Origin: Takakia lepidozioides | Lineage: Eukaryota; Plantae; Bryophyta | Direction of reading: 5' to 3' | Length of the DNA stretch: 64,000 nt | Assembly (NCBI GenBank): GCA_030704615.1 | Contig: CM060731.1 | Coordinates: 84,382,001-84,446,000, forward strand | Translations under genes and position numbers: made by a program | In this document: positions 48,536 through 60,400 of the stretch, one piece after another | Layout of the letters: each line of letters begins with the position of its first letter | How positions within the stretch are numbered: position 1 is the stretch's first letter | Notes under the pieces: generated by a model | Seen by the model: the letters and a program-made list of their open reading frames with translations, nothing else | Database searches by the model: none | Told to the model about the DNA's origin: nothing

Positions 48536-48710
48536 GATTTTGGGAGGGACGTGGACGATGTTGTCGTTGAGAAGCACATGGGAGAGGGGACATGAAGGAC
48601 GGGGAGAATTTCCTTTATATACTCTGGAAGAGAATTTAAATGTACAGAGAGTTCATTAAAATTCTATTAATCTTGAAAATCATCACTATCGTCGTCCTGT
48701 CCTTGACTGT

Positions 48711-49035
48711 CCCCGGTGCCGTCCTCCCTGGTCCACTGGCAGCAGTTCCAGCGCCAAAGCGAGGCCGTGCGTGATCTGTCCGACATCCCTTTCCAGCTTG
48801 GTATATCGAGGTCAACAATTTTCAGGACCCACGGACCGCATTGACCCTCGCCCTCACCTCGCTCAAAGCGGTAATAGCCCTCCAGATACTCCATTGCGCG
48901 CAAAGACTCTTGCTTGATTCCAGCAGCGTCTGTGAAAACAGAGAGCCAGACAATGATGTCTCCTGATTCTGGTTTGAACATAGCATAATCGTGGCCATGA
49001 TAAGGGCAGTCGGCTGGATTTCGGCGGCACGGCAT
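48711..49035 (-). pseudogene. Truncated second copy of gene Y
   Basis: MPCRRNPADCPYHGHDYAMF...WNCCQWTREDGT, cut at the fold-back junction. Confidence 0.85.
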
Positions 49036-49592
49036 CCTTGAAAAAGAGTAGCGGAGTACGCTCAATGACAGCAGCTCCCGGATGGAGGAGGAGTAGCGCG
49101 GTGGCTGGAAAAAGTTCAAGCTAACGCTGCAATTCCTCACAAACACTCCAGGGCACATTTAAATTTCCCCCCTACAGGATCCTGGACCGATGAAGATTGG
49201 CTGCTGCATGAATGTAGCCGTTTCAGTTTCCTACCCTGCCATACAAACTATGGGCAGTCACTGCCAGGTGGGCCCGATAGCCACTGGACACGACGAAGTC
49301 CATCCCCTCTTCGATGTAAATGCGGCGCCGAATTTCCATCCGGGGGGATGGACTTCGGTGGCAGATCTCAAACTATAACTTGTTGATGAGAAAGATGTAT
49401 GGGTTCATCCACCGCTGGCGTGATGAACACGTTCCACCTCCGTCGGTGGTACATGGGACCCCAGATGCTCCATTATTGGAGGCCGGACTGCTCTTCCGCT
49501 TTGCATCATTTCCAAAATCTAAGGGCTTCGTTGTTGTCCGCAAGGTCATTGTCATCGGCATCCAAGTCGTCCTCAGGTCCTCCTTTGCAAGG

Positions 49593-50156
49593 ATGCCGTG
49601 CTTCCGGAACCGGGACGACTGCCCATTTGGAGGCATCGATTATGCAATGTATTCGGCCACATCGGGAGACATTGTTATCTGGTACACAGATTACAGAGAA
49701 GATACTGGTTCGATTGTGGAACATTGGTGGCTTTTGAGTATATCCTAGGCCACTACGCCTTCGAGCGGGGGGTGACGATCTTGGTCTGAGGAGTCCGTGG
49801 CTCCTGCGCATCCTCGATTCCGATTTTCCAGCTACAACGGTCACCCATGCAGAAGAAGGCGCACTGCTATGCTATTGCGGTGGAACTGCTGCCACTGGAC
49901 GTGGGTGGACTCCATCGGAGAGACCTATTCTCCTGAAGGAGTGCGCTCCTCTTCTCCATTGTATGGGGACATTCGCATTGGTGTGGACGACGAAAACGTG
50001 AAGATTTCCATATTCGATGGTGGTATGATTGAAGGGCAGGACATTGTGGTGAACATCACTAGGGGCGGTACAACGGCTGCAATCGACTTTACCTGGAGGA
50101 GCCCCATGACTCATGAGCTAGTTCTGAGAGCAGTCGAAGTCCCATTGACAACGTGA
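49593..50156 (+). pseudogene. Frameshifted second copy of gene X
   Basis: MPCFRNRDDCPFGGIDYAMY...WNCCHWTWVD...ELVLRAVEVPLTT across several frames. Confidence 0.85.
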
Positions 50157-50628
50157 CTTGTATTCAGTAGGCACAGGGCTAAAGATTTGATTGCACAATC
50201 AGCACAGTAGACGTGCTTCAAATGCAATTCATGTGGATCAATAAAAACCTCATTGTGCCCTCTTTTTATTCTATTCTGTTTCCATCGTTCCGAGAATGCG
50301 TCATTGCTCATTTCGTTTGGGATTGGGAGTGTGGGTGGATTTTGCAAGTGGCTGGTAGGTTGAAATGGGCCCCCCATTGTACAGAGCAGTACCACCCTTT
50401 CATTCGCGAAACATTGCCTTCAATATATAATTCTAAATAACATTGCCGAATTGACCTCCTTCATCGGGAGGTCCTTCTCCCCCTATGACCGTGGCACCCT
50501 AAACCCTATTCCCGCGGACACTCATTTCCGGAAAATAGTGCTGCTCATGTTTTTTTCCACACTTACGACTCTGCTCATGGCTCATGGCTCATGGCTCATG
50601 GCTCATGGCTCATGAAATAGCAGCCCCC

Positions 50629-53600
50629 CTTCGCATGAGGTTCAACCAAATTCGCATAGGCAGCAAGTAGATTATTAGCTTCCCTCCAAGCCTTGTTAGC
50701 GACCGAGATTTCATTTTTATTGGCCACGAGCGTTTGTTGCAACTCCAGGATGTACTTCTCTTGGTCAGCTTCAACCTGCCTGTATTGCTTGAAAGTATCC
50801 TCATTGCGACAGATTGTATTCTTCATATCGACAATGAGTTTCATTTGCTCAACATTCTCTTGTTCTGCCTTCGTACATTTTTCCGCTTGACTGTTTATTT
50901 CTTTTGTAGATTGGTCAAGCATACTTGTGAATGTAGCACATTGTATCGTCATCCTGTCATGCACTGTCTGCAACTCCGTATGTAGTGCATTCACTTCTTG
51001 CAACTTGTTTTCATGCTGCACCTGCATTTGGTATAGTTGTTGCTTATGTGCTTCGTGCAACTGGTCTTGCGTGAGGCCTGCCTCAATCAATTGTTCCTTG
51101 GCCAATTGCAAAGCCGCTTCTGTATTTTGCAAGTCCTGCTGCATCTTGAGAGTGACCTCCTCATCGACCTTGTTTGCACACTCAGTGGCTAGTCGAGCCT
51201 CAAACTCCTTCTTGAGTTCCTCTCTCAAGGCTGTCAATTGGGTAGTTGGAACATGGGATTTGACATAAGTCCCCAACAAATTAAGTGTCCTGCCTATGGA
51301 ACTCATCAGCATTGCTTGTTGAGGGTCATCATAGTGAGGTTGTGTTTGTTCCTCCTGATCCTCAACCGTGTGATGTCTCACAAACCACTCAGGCCATTGC
51401 CCCACCGGATTTTCTTCCTGAACTACTTCATCCATCACCGGTGCTGCAGTGTCTTGACATTCTACCTGTGGTACCTCCGACACAGGTGTGTGTATTATAT
51501 GCATCTCAGGATTTCCCTTGGGCAACTGTTGCACCTCTGGAATCTCTGTCTCCTTGACCAGACCAAATATTCATAGAGAAGGTCCCCCTTCTCAATTTCT
51601 GCCACTATCTGTTCTGTAGTTGGAATATCTAACCCTTTTTTTTCCAAATCAATTATTTCTGGTTGAGCTGCATGGACAACTTGTAACCTTGTGACAAGCC
51701 GATCAGCTGGCTGTGATGATTGTGATACTGAAGTAACTTCCTCCTCCCTCTCTGAAGGTCCTGCTTCCAGTAATAGCGGTTCTATGTGCTGCTGTGCCCC
51801 TTCCTGCACAAGAGCTTGGGAAACATTATCATGCGGAATCCGTGAAGCCAGTGGATCCGCCACTACAGTCTTTCCCCATCTCTGCCTCTTAGTCTCGGGT
51901 TGCCCTGCTAGTCCACCCTCACTGTGTGAAGAGCCTTGCTCTTCCATTGCAGTGGTTTCTGGCTCAAACACTCCATCTCATTTCTTTCTTGCGCATCAAG
52001 TATGCCAGAATCAAGAATTATTTGAGCAATGATTGGGCCAGACACTATGATAGGAGACTTTGCAGTAGTACCTTGTAATGTTTTCATCTCCTCTACCAGT
52101 GCGTTGTACATTATGTCCGCCCATTCTACCTCTTGTCCTTTCAGGGCTTTGAGTATTTCCTCCGTGAAAGATCTGCTCAAATACTGTTGGTTCTGTTTCA
52201 TGGCAATCAGAACGTTCAATACCTGGCCTACCTCCTTTAGCCCTGGGTACACGGCCTTGGTACAAGCATAACCCTGAGTTTTAAAGAAACTCCCTTCTTG
52301 GAATAAGTCCCCTATTTGCAGTCTTGCCCTGTGCTCCTCCACATGCACCTGACCTGCTGGCAATCAAAACAATTGCTGGAGGTATAGGGGAGTAATTACT
52401 AATTCAACTCCCTTCACCGTTGTTGTTCTTGTCCTTGGCTCAAAGTTCTGCAAGAATTGTAACATGTACTGTCTATGGTGCAATGTCCAATCTATGCTTT
52501 GCAATCCTTGCAATCTCAGCTCCTTCAGTATCTGTATTGCCTGTGGGGTAGCAATCGTTCGTTTCTGCAGAATTGTGGTGCTCTTCACCCTGATTTCCTC
52601 CATTCCTCTCACTCTCTTCATTTTAGACCCACAGAAATATTTTGGTTGTAACAACTGCAGAAATGCCTGTAGTGCACAAAGCATAAACGTATGGTTGCCA
52701 CAAAAAGCTATGGGTAATTTCTTGTAAGCCTGTGGGGCTTGCAAGCATCGCTCAAGAGAAAAGCTCCGCTCTGTTCTTTCGTGTCTATGCCACTGCGTAA
52801 GTAATATTGCGAGCGTATAGTCTGTTAGTTCCTCCATAGTTTCCAATCTATAGCATTGATGGTCTGTCCCGTCGAGACGCTCGTTACTCAGAACGACGCC
52901 GCCTCTTGCACTTAATTTCCCTCCAATTTCTTGATCCTTTCTCTGGCTTTCTATTGGCTGTAACCGCTGTGACTGGATTTTAGATTTCATTTTCTTTAGT
53001 GGACTTTCCCTACTGGATAGTCCACTAGGATCACACCTGTGACAAGAATTTCGTTTTTCTGTACTTGCCCTTTGTTCCGTTACCCTTGTACCGTATTCAT
53101 TAATGGGCCCGCCTTTCATCCAATTTGACGCGCTGATTAGGTATTTTGACGGCCATTCTTGTCTTCTTTCTTGATGACACCTGTTCTTGCACTTCCTTTT
53201 TCTTCTCCATCAGAATCAGAGGAATCTGCCACAGGAATATCAGTACTCTTCTGCATTTCCCTTATAGTATCTGCCACTTCCTTGTGCAGTTCCTTCTCAT
53301 CTTTCCAAGTCTCTTCATCTTCAGGCATATCATTGCCACCTTCATTATCATCTTCTTCCTCTACTACTGGAGGTATTAGTTTGGCTTTACTTCTTGTTAC
53401 TATCATTGTACTTACTTCTGGCACAACACATGGCCTAACCATGTGAGCTGCCACCACTGGGCCCTCATTCACAGGAGCTCTCATCTCATTCTGGTGTCTT
53501 ATCCAGAATGAACAGGCTGCCCTGCGATGTCCTGGCTGATTACAATAGTAACATAGTTCTTCACCATTGGGTCCTCGCCCTTGGTCTATTCTTGGATTAT

Positions 53601-54810
53601 TTCTATAATCCTGATTCCCGGGCTGGTAATTCCCCCTTGGATTACCCTGATAGTTGCCTCTGGAATTTCCTTGGTAATTCCCTCTTGAATTACCTCTCCC
53701 TTCCATGCCATTGTTATAACCACCAGACCTACCATAGTGGTCCTGATCATTGTTTCTTCTTGGCTGGGGCTGCACCTGATGCACCCTTACTTGCCTAGGT
53801 TCTCTTGCAGCTGTCCTTCTGTTGTAGTAACAATTCTCAGTAGAATGGTTATCCATTTTACAGATAGTACAGTGTTTCTCTTTCATGTGGCATTCAGTAG
53901 TGGTGTGGCCTTCATTCTGGCATTTTGCACATTAAACACCCTTCCTCCAATGTGTTGCAGCCTCTGTGGCATACTTCTTCAAGATTTCTTCCAATTTTTT
54001 TTCATAGTTATCCCTCTTCAGCTTCTCCTTTCTCTTACTCCTCCTTTTTAGTTCCTGCTCTTCTTCTTCATCTGACTCATCCTGAGAGTCCTCATCATCC
54101 TTTTCTCTCTCCTGAGCATTCCCAATTGCTCAATTCTGTTTGCAGTTTCAAATGCCTCCTCCACTGAGTAAACTTCAAAGTCAACTAACACTGAATGGAT
54201 GACAACCACAAAAATAAGTTGGGGTGAAGGTGCACAAACCACCTTCTCCGTAGCAGTCATACACTAGAAGAAAAAACGGCCTTTTCCACGGCTCTGCCAT
54301 CTCACACTTGGCACATTCCACGGCTTTTATCACGGGTCTGTACACTAAGCCAAGGTGTGGGTCTAAATATGCCCTAACTGTGGGGTGTCTCACATGTGGT
54401 CCACACCCCAGGCAAGAACGGTGTGAAAACAACCATGAGCGTGGCAGGGGTTGGCTTAGTTTACATGGCATGTTACACACCTGTGTGAAATGGGAACATA
54501 CAATTAACAAAAAACACAAGAAATGGGAACATACACAAGAAGGAGCCTGTGGCCTACTTTTGGTGCCTTGCAAATTGCAATAAGAGGCTCCGATCTGTTG
54601 GCAAGAAGTACCCGTTGCTCCACGATTACTCCCTGTGGTACACATTGACTGGCCTTCCATGCCCTCTCGGATGAGCATGATGTCATGGTGATCATGGATC
54701 GAGGTGAGCGAGGATATACATAGTGTCATTGACATACACCGCAATGTAGATTCATGCATTGTAGCTTCCCGCAATCATCTCATGCATGACGTTTTTGCTT
54801 CAGACTTGTG
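50629..54810 (-). mobile_element. Degenerate gypsy-like LTR retroelement remnant: gag C-terminus with two CCHC knuckles, no pol, then a long extra ORF ending in a coiled coil
   Basis: CTICKMDNHSTENC and CYYCNQPGHRRAAC, VTRSKAK (53137-53886). Consecutive minus-strand ORFs 52364-52845, 51908-52363, 51495-51971 and 50629-51534. LTR boundaries not resolved. Confidence 0.6.
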
Positions 54811-54827
54811 ACGGTGTGATGGTTTGG

Positions 54828-54960
54828 CAGGGATGCCTCGGCGTGAGCGCGTGAGCGCAACTGCGCTCACGCCACGTCACCTTGCGCAAATGCCACGTCA
54901 CGGGGCTCACTCCACGTCATCACACGTGAAGGCCGCGTCACCACGCGCCCAGAAAGAAGT
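54828..54960 (+). repeat. Terminus similar to the subfamily-C TIR
   Basis: CAGGGATGCCTCGGCGTGAGCGCGTGAGCGC vs the reverse complement of the 23134 end, GAGCGACGCCACGGCGTGAGCGGTGAGCGC. Confidence 0.6.
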
Positions 54961-55014
54961 GGAGTGTATTCCCGCGGATTTACCGCGGAAACAAGCTGGA
55001 CGACATAATAAAGG

Positions 55015-55380
55015 CATTGAATAAAGGATGGATGAATGTACAGTTGGATGATAAACAGATGGATGAGTGTGAAAAATGAATGTAGATGGATGAATGAGGG
55101 ATGGATAAGAGTAAAATGGATGAATGTATAATGGATGTTGAGCAATGACAAAAATTCATGACAAGAAGATGCATGACCAAAACTTTTGACGAATGCACAA
55201 CGTATATGAAATGAGTGTGGAAGGTTTGTGGGGTGGATTAAAGAGTACAGAGGATGAATGTACAATGGATGTTGAACAAAGGAAAAAATTCATGAATGGA
55301 GCACGCATGAATACACTGTAGATGAATGCACAATGGATATGAGAAGAGTCAGGGAGGTTTGTGAGATGGATTCATACATA
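55015..55380. repeat. Degenerate GGATGAATG-rich low-complexity repeat
   Basis: Recurring gatggatgaatg / gatgaatgtaca units. Confidence 0.6.
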
Positions 55381-55830
55381 TTGCAATTTAAATGAAAGTT
55401 GATTCTGTGATTATTATTTGTTCTAAAGGAACAACTACGGTGGAGGAAGGGGATTCAACGTTTTCCAGATAGTATGAAATGAATATATTAAAAGAATACA
55501 GTTCAGTCTGACTCAGAGTCAGTACAATGTATCCCCCGCTTCCTCTGCATCTAAGTCTATGTATTTTAGAACACCGGATCCACGCTGGATACACCTACGG
55601 CTGGCCACTAAAAAGTCAGGGGATAAGGACTCGGCCGCGTGAAGTGCCATTGCTTCGGCATCAACAGGAAGCAGAAATTGGAAAGGGGGCTGTCGAAAAC
55701 AGACTCGCCAGAAATGACTGTATCTCCTGAAGATCCACCGCTGCTTTTCCTGAAAGATAGCCTGAAAAAGTTATTACTGTAACTTTGATGTTATTGAGAA
55801 ATTGAGTATGGATCCCAAAGGGTTTAGCAC

Positions 55831-57419
55831 TTACTCACATGAAAAGTCGTTGTCGACCTGCTTATCTTCGGGATCGTCATCATTTCGAATTTGAATCCGA
55901 TCAGTCTGTGTGCCTGAAGTGCAGCCAGACAAAAGGGGGAGGAGCTGTGTTGTAGAGGTCAGAATCACCCTCCATGACAAAAAGGCTTCTTCCGCCTGCC
56001 TTGCATGCATGGTAAGTTGCTCCTGCACCACACAGGAGGACATGAACAGTTTGGTGGGGGGATTTAAGCAGATGAAACTGTTGAAAGAAAACCAATTCGG
56101 AAGGGAAAGAACGAACTTGTGGACATAGAAAGATCGACCACCCGTGCAGAGCGGTGGCTGCATAACTCCAGCAGTATTTGCATGAACGCTGGGACTTTTC
56201 CTTTGCACCTCTCCAGGGAGTGCCATCTGGTCTCTTTAGAGTCTGACTAGACTGCATGAAGTTGTACAAAATGTCATCGACATGGGCTCATAGGGGGGTT
56301 TGATGAAACAACCCTGGTCAGAAATCTCAAAGCTGCGGATAGAGGATGGTGTCTTTGAGGTGCGAATCCTCCGCAGGCAGATCGCCTCGAACATCCTCGT
56401 CTGCCAAAGATAGCAGGTTAGTGTGGTAAACACAATCTATAGTGGAAGTGTGTACATCGACTATTCAGAACTCAGACACAAAAAAAATCATTTTTATCAC
56501 GAATCGGTGATGATCGTTGTCGATCATAACAGATTCTACTACTAGAGTGGAGGCTGCAGAGAAACATTGAAACTCATCATGAAAGCACAAGCAGAAGGGA
56601 GACGGCATACCAGCTGACCAGGGAAACCCCCTTTCACAAGGTAGAGGCTGCTCACACAATTCCATGTGCGCAAAACTTCAAACCCTGAAGACTTGAGGTA
56701 TGATGCCAATGCCCGACGACTATCATTGTCACATGACTGAAAAAGCAAAAGTGTCCCTGCATCAGAGAGGAAGTTATTACAGAACCCGAACACCCAACTC
56801 CAGAAGTTGTCCTCGAATTTGTTCCAGCCTGGCGTCTTGCCCTTTGGAAGAACTTCTGGCACAACCTGGCCATCCCGGAATGTCGAGAATGACAATGTCG
56901 GCCGCATAAGTTTTCTGCACACCGCACACGAAGGTGGGACCTGTGCTCACCTGCAACAGACATGTTTTTTATAAGAACGAAAGCAAGAATGTTTTTAAAG
57001 AATGAGACTGAAATACTGCCAACGAAACTTTCAGAGAAAAAAGAAAGAAACTAGAATTCTCACCAGATGAGGAATGAGATTATATTGTCCCAGGTAGGCG
57101 ATGGCACCCCAGTGTATCCTCTCTTTCGACTCTGCATCATCGACAACCAACCCTCATTAACAATTTTCATCTCTCCTGCCGAATCAGAACGGGAATGGTG
57201 TGGCTTGGCATCGAACACGCACTGAACAGTGCGGGTATATCTTCCAGCAGTAAAGTCCTGCCCACTCTCCATCTCCTTTTCTTTCTCCTTCCCCTTGTCC
57301 TTTTCCTTCTCTTTGGACTTGTCTTTGTCCTTTGGCTTTGCTGGTGAGATGGCTATGACATCAACAACCTTGTCTTTTGGTTTGCGGCCCGCCTTCTTTC
57401 CCTTCTGCGGCGTTCCTTG
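55831..57419 (-). pseudogene. Divergent third (C-type) MTase-like cargo gene, 3' exons
   Basis: ADIVILDIP(D)GQ..PGWNKFEDNFW..LSDAGTLLLF (with a 1-nt shift at about 56875); PWRGAKEKSPAFMQILLELCS..VVDLSMST / GATYHACKAGGRSLFVMEGD; GT-AG introns. Confidence 0.75.
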
Positions 57420-60400
57420 TGTCGCGGCCCTTTGCCTTGAGGGCAGGGGGTCGGGACACATGAGGGGCTGCCCCTGTGGTGGGGGCATCGGCAGCGATAG
57501 GTATGGGGGGCTGAAGCACCCTTGAGTGCCCAAGGCACTGAAGGAGGCGGAGGCGCTCACTAGGTGGAGCCCCGCACACCGGGTTGCGGTGGGGTGGCTC
57601 CACAAGGGGTGGTGATAGCTTAGCGGGACTTAGTGGGGGTGGCATAGGACTCACCATGGGGGCGGAGACCTCGTGGTGGGAGTCATGGGGAGTCTTGGGA
57701 CTCATCACGGTCCATAGGGCCGTGGTGAGTGGGCCAAGACTCACCGCGACTCATCACCGGGAGTCGAGGGTTTTCGTGGTGGTTCGCCATAAAATGGCAT
57801 GGCTGGTTATGAAACCCCCGCAGACAGCTATAGAAGTATATATAGGGAGTAGTAACCCCGAGAACGGTGCAAGCCCGTTGGTGACCAAAAACTAGTGAGT
57901 AAGCGAGCGAGCCGGAAAGCGACCAAAGAGTGGGGAGCTGTTTCGGACTGCCATCTACCAAAGGGAATTCCACTAGTCCCAAATAGGTGGAGGGTTTAGT
58001 GGGAAGCAAGGGGGACCGTTATGTCCCAGTGAGCAGCCGAAGCTCCAAGTTGGCCCGACGGCCAGGTTGGGAGTCAGGCGCGCGCGCATCAAAGCGAGTA
58101 ACTATGACTTGAAGGGGAGCTTACCGAAGTGAGATGCGCGACACTTGGTATCAGAGCTTAGAGTTCAGTACGCGATCGTCCTTGGGATTGGCCTCATAAT
58201 GGGGTCGGGCAAGCCGAAGCGAAAGTGGAACGGCCCAAAATATGATCCTGGTGAGCCCGATGGGGGCGACGTGTCACCCGAGGCGGCCGTTTGAGGAAGC
58301 GATGCATGTTCCGAAAACGAGGCCGCTCAAGAGCGGGAGGAATCCGAGGAGTCGGAGCCCGAGGAATCCTTGAGAGCTCCGACAAACCAAGAGATGCCTC
58401 CCATGCCGGCAGCCTTTTGGGAAGGGTTTTTTGGCGCAGTTTGGCGGGACATTGAAAGACGTGTTGAAGGCGGCTAATGCCACTTCCACTAAGGCAAAGT
58501 TTAAGGTGAAGCCTAAGGAACCCGACACCTTCGAGGGCGTCGAATCGGAAGGCACTCAACACCTGGCTCCTGGAGCTAGAGCAGTACTTCCGGGCGCCCA
58601 AGTTGAGTGACGAGGATCGGGTGGAAGTGGCTCCCACCTATTTGAGGGGCTATGCTCAACAATGGTGGCAGAAACGCCTTCACGACCGAGGCCCAAGCCC
58701 GGAAACCTTGAACTGGAGTGGGTTCAAGGAATTGATGAAGAGACAGTTTGTGCCCCTCAACGCGTCCTGGCTTGCCCGGGACAAGATGAGGAATTTGAAG
58801 CAAACAGATGACATTCGGGGGTATGTCCAGGCTTTCAATGTGCTGTTGCTCGAAGTCGCGGACATGGCAGAACCAGAAATGGTCTTCAACTTTGTGGCGG
58901 GACTGGCCCCATGGGCCAGGCGGAAGTTGGAGGAGAAGCCACCCAAGACTTTGAACGAGGCAATTGAGAGGGCTGAATGTTTCTCGGATGTCCCTAGGGG
59001 TGAGAGACAAGGCCGTACGGAGCTGAACCACAAGAAGACCCGGCGGGAAGGTGACTCCTTCCGACCGGGAAAAGAAGTGGGATAGGCCACGCGGCGACAA
59101 TGGCACGTGGAAATCAAAGGGGGGGCCTTCACACGTCAAGGCGGCACACCCGGTGCTTCGAAAGGAAAAGCGGGTGGAGCGGCTTATGGCGGACAGAAGG
59201 CACCTTTGATGGAGTGTGTTTCAATTGCGGGGAGCCCGGGCACATGGCCAAGAAGTGCACAAAAACCTCGACAATTGAACATGACTCGGGCAACCACGGA
59301 GCTGTCGGAAGATACCATCAGTCGCTTGGTGGAAGCGGTGGTCGCCAGGACTTGCAAGTAGGCAACTATTCTTGTGAGTTGTATCAGGAAACTGGCGCCC
59401 TGCGTAAAGGGAGTCAGTTATTGTTCGTGGATGGGATAATATCCGGAACTAACGTGTCGTTGTTGGTGGACACAGGAGCGTCGCACTCCTTCATGACGCC
59501 GGCGGCGGCGCGAAAGTTGGGACTCCCGACAAGTGACGTGGGGGCCTCTATTGAGGTGCGCTCTGCCAAAGGAGAACCTCACTTGCGACAAGGTTGGCGT
59601 TTGATGTTCCTCTTCAACTGGGGAGTTGGGAGGACGTGAGAACTTCACCATCTGCGAGATCGATGGAGTGGATCTCATTTTGGGGATGAACCTTTTTGAG
59701 CAAATCCGGAGCGGTCATAGATGGCCGCAAGAGAGTAGTCACGCTGCCATGTGGGAATGGTGGCGAGGTTTACGAGTGTCGGAAACGCCCAAATCCGTGG
59801 GAGGGCGAATAAACCTTCTGTCAGCAAAGGAGTGGGCCGTGGAGGAGGCACACGAGCCCCAATTTTTGCTTTACATTAGAGAAGTGAAAGGAGAAGGCGA
59901 TGGGGAGCCGAGCCCAGATTGGATCAAGGGGATTTTGGAGAAATACCAGGATGTGATGCCGGAGGATTTACCAAGCGGCTTGCCACCGCGAAGAGGAGTT
60001 GACCACAAGATTGAGGTGATACCGGGATCGGAACCGCCTGCCAAGGCGCCCTACCGGTTGAGCCACAGAGAGTTGGTCGAGCTGAAGACTCAGCTCAAGG
60101 ATCTAATGTCAAAGGGGTACATCCGGCCGAGTAAGTCACCTTACGGAGCCCCGGTGCTATTTGCAGACAAGAAGGATGGGAATGTGTGTCGATTACAGGG
60201 CTCTGAATAAGGTGACTATCAAAAACCGGTACCCTTTGCCAAGGATCGACGACCTCTTCGATCGGTTGGCAGGAGCGAAGTATTTCAGCCGGATCGACTT
60301 GCGCTCCGGCTATCACCAAATTCGAGTGGCGGAAGGAGATGAGGAGAAGACCGCGTGCAGGACAAGGTATGGTTTATATGAGTTCTTGGTGATGCCTTTT

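Larger units (their letters stand above)
45141..50628. mobile_element. Fold-back non-autonomous derivative made of two inverted subfamily-A left ends (arms of about 1.9 kb: 45141-47020 and 48711-50628)
   Basis: Termini GGGGGCTACTATTTCATGAGC / GCTCATGAAATAGCAGCCCCC. The arms are diverged reverse complements. CTTC on both flanks. Internal junction with CC microhomology at 48711-48712. Confidence 0.82.

Noticed and set aside
50596-50628. Shared C-terminal peptide GGCYFMSHEP in ORFs 26187-26582 and 50596-51534
   Set aside because: It is read-through into the TIR sequence, not a protein motif.
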